This document shows positions 33,823 to 35,920 of a DNA stretch of 35,920 nt, one piece after another (the stretch's first letter is position 1; each line of letters begins with the position of its first letter). The notes under the pieces are model-generated. The model worked only from the letters and a program-made list of their open reading frames with translations. It had not been told where the DNA came from and ran no database searches. Source of the DNA: a virus (lineage: Duplodnaviria; Caudoviricetes); the IMG/VR virus record IMGVR_UViG_3300032301_000803, positions 1 to 35,920 of that record. One strand, 5' to 3'. The position numbers and the translations under genes were made by a program.

Positions 33823-35920
33823 GCTTATATTTTGGAACATTAGCAGGCACTGCAGGCTCAAGTGGTAGTGCCGACGGCACTGGCTCTGCTGCTCAGTTTA
33901 ACAGGCCCAGCGGCATATCAGTAGATACTGCGGGCAATCTTTATGTGTCCGATTTTTATAATCACACTATCCGAAAAGTAACCAGTGCAGGCGTAGTAAC
34001 TACATTAGCCGGATTAGCTGGTTCCAGCGGATCAACTAACGCTACTGGATCTTCTGCTAGGTTTTACTATCCCACAGGCGTAGGCGCAGATACTGCAGGC
34101 AACGTTTTTATTGGGGATGCAGGCAACAGCACTATCCGCAAAGTAACCAGCGCAGGCGTAGTAACTACATTAGCCGGATTAGCCGGTTCCAGCGGATCAA
34201 CTGATGCTACTGGATCTTCTGCTAGGTTTAATAACATTGGCGGTATAGCTGTAGATACTGCAGGCAACCTTTTCGTTGCGGATACTTCTAACCACACTAT
34301 CCGCAAAGTAACCAGTGCGGGCGTAGTGACTACATTGGCTGGATCGGCTGGTTCCAGCGGATCAACTGATGCTACTGGATCTTCTGCCAGGTTTTTTTCC
34401 CCCTACTTTGTAACCGTAGATACTTTAGGCAACGTTTTTGTTGCGGATAGCGGTAATAATACTATCCGCAAAGTAACCAGTGCAGGCGTAGTAACTACAT
34501 TAGCCGGATTAGCTGGTTCCAGCGGATCAACTGATTCTACTGGATCTTCTGCTAGGTTTTACAGGCCCAGCGGCATATCAGTAGATACTGCAGGCAACCT
34601 TTTTGTTGTGGATTTACTTAATAGCACGATCCGCAAGGTAACTAGCGCGGGTGTAGTAACTACAGAGGCTGGATTGGCGGGTTCGTTAGGCTCTAATAAT
34701 GGCCTTGGTTTAGCTGCTAGGTTTTCTAACCCTCAAGGTGTAGCCGTAGATTTTGCAGGCAACGTTTTCGTTACAGATTCTTCTAATCAAACTATCCGCA
34801 ATTCCGTTTCCTCCGCACCCGCCACCGTCACTCTTTCTAACTTATCTAAAACTTATACTGGATCAGCTCAAGCCCCTACCACCACCGTCTCACCGTCCGG
34901 CCTTACCCTAGAGGTAACCTACGCTGGCACGGCCGCCAGCCTGTCTGCCCCCGTCACCGCAGGATCCTACGTGGTTACAGCCAGCGTGGTGGACAATTTC
35001 TACTACGGTAGCGCCAGCGGTGTGATCACAATTTCTAAGGCATCACAAACCATCACTTTTGCGTCCGTGCCCAGCAAGTTCGTTGGCTCTGGGCCTTTCA
35101 CAGTTGCGCCTAGCTCTACATCAAACCTCACCGTCGCACTTTCCTCTAGCAACACTGCGGTGGCTACCGTCTCTGGCTTTTCTATTTCACCTATCGGCGC
35201 TGGCACCACTACCATCTCAGCCACCCAAGCGGGCGATACAAACTACCTTGCTGCCGCTACCGTTACCCAAGTCCTCACCGCAACCACAGCGCCCATCGCT
35301 CAGACAATTGCCTTTGCTGCACTTTCTCCTCGCCGGGTTGCCTCATTAAAAGACGTCTATAGTGCCGCGTCTGTTATTGCATCCAGCACCAGCCTATCTT
35401 TTGATGACGCTACTAGCGTGGCCCAGGCTAACGCCCGATCTAGCGGATCCTTCGCCCTTGTGGCCACAGCATCCTCTGGATTGCCCGTCACTTTCACCTC
35501 AACAGTCACAAACGTGGCTACGATCGTGGGCAATATCTGCACGCCTGTTACCCCTGGCGTGACCAACATCGTGGCGGCGCAGGCGGGATCTACCGCTTAC
35601 TCCGCTGCCTCTACCGTCACACAGTCCTTGGTCATCGTGGAAAAGCAGTTCGCCTGGCTTGATCTACGCTGGGAGCTGACCGATCTACAGATTGATGCCC
35701 GTACTCGTACTGTTTCTAGTGCGAAAGGCAATGGGGCAGTTTTAACGATTCGCCAGGGTGACGCTCACGACATCGCCGTTTTCTTCACCGATCCAGCCGG
35801 AGCGGCGATCCTTATGTCGCCATCCAGCCTAAAGCTGTGCATTCGCGAGAAAACAAATCGTAGGCCGGTAGTGTTAGAAACTACTGCCTTTACCCCAGCA
35901 GACTTTGGCGGCTTTGATCC
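33819..35920 (+). CDS. NHL beta-propeller + MBG/Ig-like tail adhesin (joins 3..239, about 765 aa)
   Basis: GTGA overlap, open to window end. Six ARFxxPxGxxVDxAGNxFVxDxxNxTIRK repeats, then KTYTGSAQ and QTITF...TQAG...Y Ig-like units. Missing from ORF track because it has no stop in the window. Confidence 0.9.
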   Translation, partial: MSLYFGTLAGTAGSSGSADGTGSAAQFNRPSGISVDTAGNLYVSDFYNHTIRKVTSAGVVTTLAGLAGSSGSTNATGSSARFYYPTGVGADTAGNVFIGDAGNSTIRKVTSAGVVTTLAGLAGSSGSTDATGSSARFNNIGGIAVDTAGNLFVADTSNHTIRKVTSAGVVTTLAGSAGSSGSTDATGSSARFFSPYFVTVDTLGNVFVADSGNNTIRKVTSAGVVTTLAGLAGSSGSTDSTGSSARFYRPSGISVDTAGNLFVVDLLNSTIRKVTSAGVVTTEAGLAGSLGSNNGLGLAARFSNPQGVAVDFAGNVFVTDSSNQTIRNSVSSAPATVTLSNLSKTYTGSAQAPTTTVSPSGLTLEVTYAGTAASLSAPVTAGSYVVTASVVDNFYYGSASGVITISKASQTITFASVPSKFVGSGPFTVAPSSTSNLTVALSSSNTAVATVSGFSISPIGAGTTTISATQAGDTNYLAAATVTQVLTATTAPIAQTIAFAALSPRRVASLKDVYSAASVIASSTSLSFDDATSVAQANARSSGSFALVATASSGLPVTFTSTVTNVATIVGNICTPVTPGVTNIVAAQAGSTAYSAASTVTQSLVIVEKQFAWLDLRWELTDLQIDARTRTVSSAKGNGAVLTIRQGDAHDIAVFFTDPAGAAILMSPSSLKLCIREKTNRRPVVLETTAFTPADFGGFD
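33840..34800 (+). repeat. Six 165-bp tandem coding repeats (NHL blades)
   Basis: Anchor ACCAGTGCAGGCGTAGTAACTACA-like at 33981, 34146, 34311, 34476, 34641. Confidence 0.95.

Larger units (their letters stand above)
1..35920 (+). mobile_element. Complete or near-complete temperate siphovirus-like phage genome (free/excised form)
   Basis: Terminase, portal, capsid, tape measure, endolysin, integrase and primase-helicase are all present. No sheath gene recognised. attP is unsplit. Ends overlap by 43 nt inside one CDS. Confidence 0.95.

Noticed and set aside
33840-34800. Diversity-generating retroelement
   Set aside because: No reverse transcriptase or non-coding template repeat. All repeats are in-frame coding and differences are not confined to adenines.

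Overview
The window is an apparently complete (~35.88 kb, circularly closing) temperate tailed-phage genome with siphovirus-like architecture. Almost everything is on the + strand. Order: distal tail/receptor-binding genes; lysis cassette (holin-like genes, spanin pair, M15 endolysin); a small accessory block; a compact lysogeny module (two divergent ribbon-helix-helix genes, xis-like gene, tyrosine integrase, intact attP matching a tRNA-Ser 3' end); early/replication genes (SSB-like, PD-(D/E)XK nucleases, primase-helicase, palindromic ori); lambda-like terminase and portal; protease/scaffold; capsid; a glycosyltransferase-methyltransferase cassette; tail genes; and an NHL beta-propeller/Ig-like adhesin that runs across the window ends. 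The most unusual signals are four. (1) The lysogeny module: an RHH/RHH leaderless switch, an integrase shadowed by + strand ORFs, and attP lying between an SD and its start codon, so integration would cut the head of the early operon. (2) A TTGACA motif only 13-19 nt before seven late-gene starts, too close to be a sigma70 -35. (3) A candidate virion-glycosylation cassette beside the capsid gene. (4) An NHL propeller with near-identical DNA repeats and hypervariable positions. The host cannot be determined from sequence alone. All product calls are motif recognition by eye, not database hits.
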